This document shows, one piece after another, positions 62,987 through 64,000 of a DNA stretch of 64,000 nucleotides (position 1 is its first letter; every line of letters begins with the position of its first letter). The DNA lies in assembly GCA_964588795.1 (NCBI GenBank), contig CAZPQN010000009.1, positions 294 through 64,293 on the forward strand, read 5' to 3'. The notes beneath the pieces were generated by a model. That model had not been told where the DNA came from. It did no database searches and saw only the letters and a list, made by a program, of their open reading frames with translations. Source of the stretch: an uncultured bacterium (lineage in GTDB: Bacteria > Fidelibacterota > UBA2242). The position numbers were made by a program, and so were the translations under genes.

Positions 62987-63502
62987 ATGAAAGGATACCT
63001 GCAGGTTTATACGGGCGATGGTAAAGGGAAAACGACAGCGGCTCTGGGCCTGGCGGTGCGCGCCGCCGGTGCCGGATTAAAGGTTTTCATTGGTCAATTC
63101 GTGAAAGGCACTCCCTCAGCGGAAACCACAGCCCTGCAAAAACTGAACGACCAGATTACCCTCCGGCGGTACGGTCGGTCAGCTTTTATCATAAATCAAC
63201 CGACGGCGGCAGATATCAGCGCCGCACAAGCGGGGTTAACAGAAGTACGACAAATCATCCAATCGGGGAACTATGACCTCGTGATTCTGGACGAAGCCAA
63301 TATCGCGGTTCATTACGCACTCTTCAGCATTGACGAGTTAATTGAGACTATCAGCAATCGCCCCGCGCACGTCGAAATCGTCGTTACCGGCCGCTATGCC
63401 CATTCACGTCTCATTGCCACCGCCGATTTGGTTACCGAAATGATCGCCGTCAAGCATTATTTCCAGCAGGGTGTCATCGCTCGTCCGGGAATCGAAAAAT
63501 AA
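62987..63502 (+). CDS. cobO: Cob(I)yrinic acid a,c-diamide / cob(I)alamin adenosyltransferase (CobA/CobO/BtuR family)
   Basis: MKGYLQVYTGDGKGKTTAALGLAVRAAGAGLKVFIGQFVKG (P-loop), ...LVILDEANIAVHYAL... Typical 171-aa size. Confidence 0.85.
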   Translation: MKGYLQVYTGDGKGKTTAALGLAVRAAGAGLKVFIGQFVKGTPSAETTALQKLNDQITLRRYGRSAFIINQPTAADISAAQAGLTEVRQIIQSGNYDLVILDEANIAVHYALFSIDELIETISNRPAHVEIVVTGRYAHSRLIATADLVTEMIAVKHYFQQGVIARPGIEK

Positions 63503-63561
63503 AACCCTGCGCCAGCTGGGGAAGCCGGCGCAGGGCGGGAGACGATAGAGGAGAGGGATCT

Positions 63562-64000
63562 TTAGTTCTTGATGAGGTAGGGCACAGCCCAGTAGGTGGC
63601 ATTGAAAGGCGCCGCTTCATCGAAAATCGCCGCGTAGTCAATCACGTCGAAGAAAATCCGGCACATGCCGGCCCGGTAGCCGTGCAAACCAATGACACCG
63701 TTGAAAACGTCGTCGTTTTCGGGATCCTGCAAGGGACGCCGAAATTTCAAGACGCCGCGCTTAACCCCGTAATGCACCGTAACCAGTTCCCCGGGCGCCA
63801 CCGGATATGGATTGGCATTGGTCAAAGCCAACTCAAGGTCGTACAGACCATTCGGACGCATACCGATCAGCACACTGCGGTCAAGGAAATGATTCAGCAC
63901 ACTGTCTTCGGCATCGTTGACCAACTCCAGCATCGTACTATTGCCGCCATTGCGGGCGATAAGCGAAATGCGACTAATCTCGATGGAATTACCTACTGTG
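63562..64000 (-). CDS. Hypothetical protein, C-terminal portion (N-terminus beyond the window edge)
   Basis: The ORF is open through the 3' window edge on the minus strand (the frame upstream of the first in-window Met has no stop). Coding-like composition; no recognisable motif. Confidence 0.4.
   Translation of the reverse strand, partial: TVGNSIEISRISLIARNGGNSTMLELVNDAEDSVLNHFLDRSVLIGMRPNGLYDLELALTNANPYPVAPGELVTVHYGVKRGVLKFRRPLQDPENDDVFNGVIGLHGYRAGMCRIFFDVIDYAAIFDEAAPFNATYWAVPYLIKN

Overview
This 64 kb window is a gene-dense chromosomal segment of about 57-60% GC, with roughly 55 genes and almost no non-coding space. It has no rRNA, tRNA, CRISPR array, transposase or phage genes. The gene content points to an anaerobic or facultative bacterium of the FCB group: type IX secretion C-terminal sorting domains, CarboxypepD_reg-type TonB-dependent receptors, Na+-NQR, PPi-dependent PFK and pyruvate:ferredoxin oxidoreductase. 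In order, the window holds: a T9SS cargo tail, two TonB-dependent receptors, a DUF1848-like protein, a TPR lipoprotein, a 1233-aa LptD, a lipoprotein serine-protease-like gene, gap, a GH57 glycoside hydrolase, a GlnE-like double nucleotidyltransferase, a four-subunit 2-oxoacid:ferredoxin oxidoreductase operon (delta-alpha-beta-gamma), LD-carboxypeptidase, a TPR protein, a PlpD-like patatin-POTRA-barrel protein, a T9SS-sorted peptidoglycan amidase with a DUF1460-like neighbour, an E2-catalytic-domain-only acyltransferase, a 59-aa wHTH ORF missed by the ORF track, a GltS-like transporter, a 645-bp non-coding region, PPi-PFK, PFOR and a PHP-domain protein. A long co-directional plus-strand array follows (efp, accB, accC, gcvH, gcvPA, a PcrB/GGGPS-family prenyltransferase, gmhA, xerD, an M50 protease, a 61-aa membrane ORF, ftcD, mutL, miaA). 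Then comes a long minus-strand run: a 2Fe-2S+ASKHA (RACo-like) protein, a TPR lipoprotein, a sulfide:quinone oxidoreductase-like gene, TusE/DsrC-like, DsrE-like, nqrABCDEF, a CBS protein and a 58-aa Cys-rich membrane ORF that looks NqrM-like. The window ends with cobO and a partial ORF. The most unusual finding is the sulfur-handling module (SQR, TusE, DsrE) fused co-directionally to the complete Na+-NQR operon, which ends in an unannotated Cys-rich mini-protein. The next most notable findings are a bacterial GGGPS/PcrB homologue inside a housekeeping array, a RACo-like/CobO corrinoid-activation pair, and a T9SS-exported amidase.
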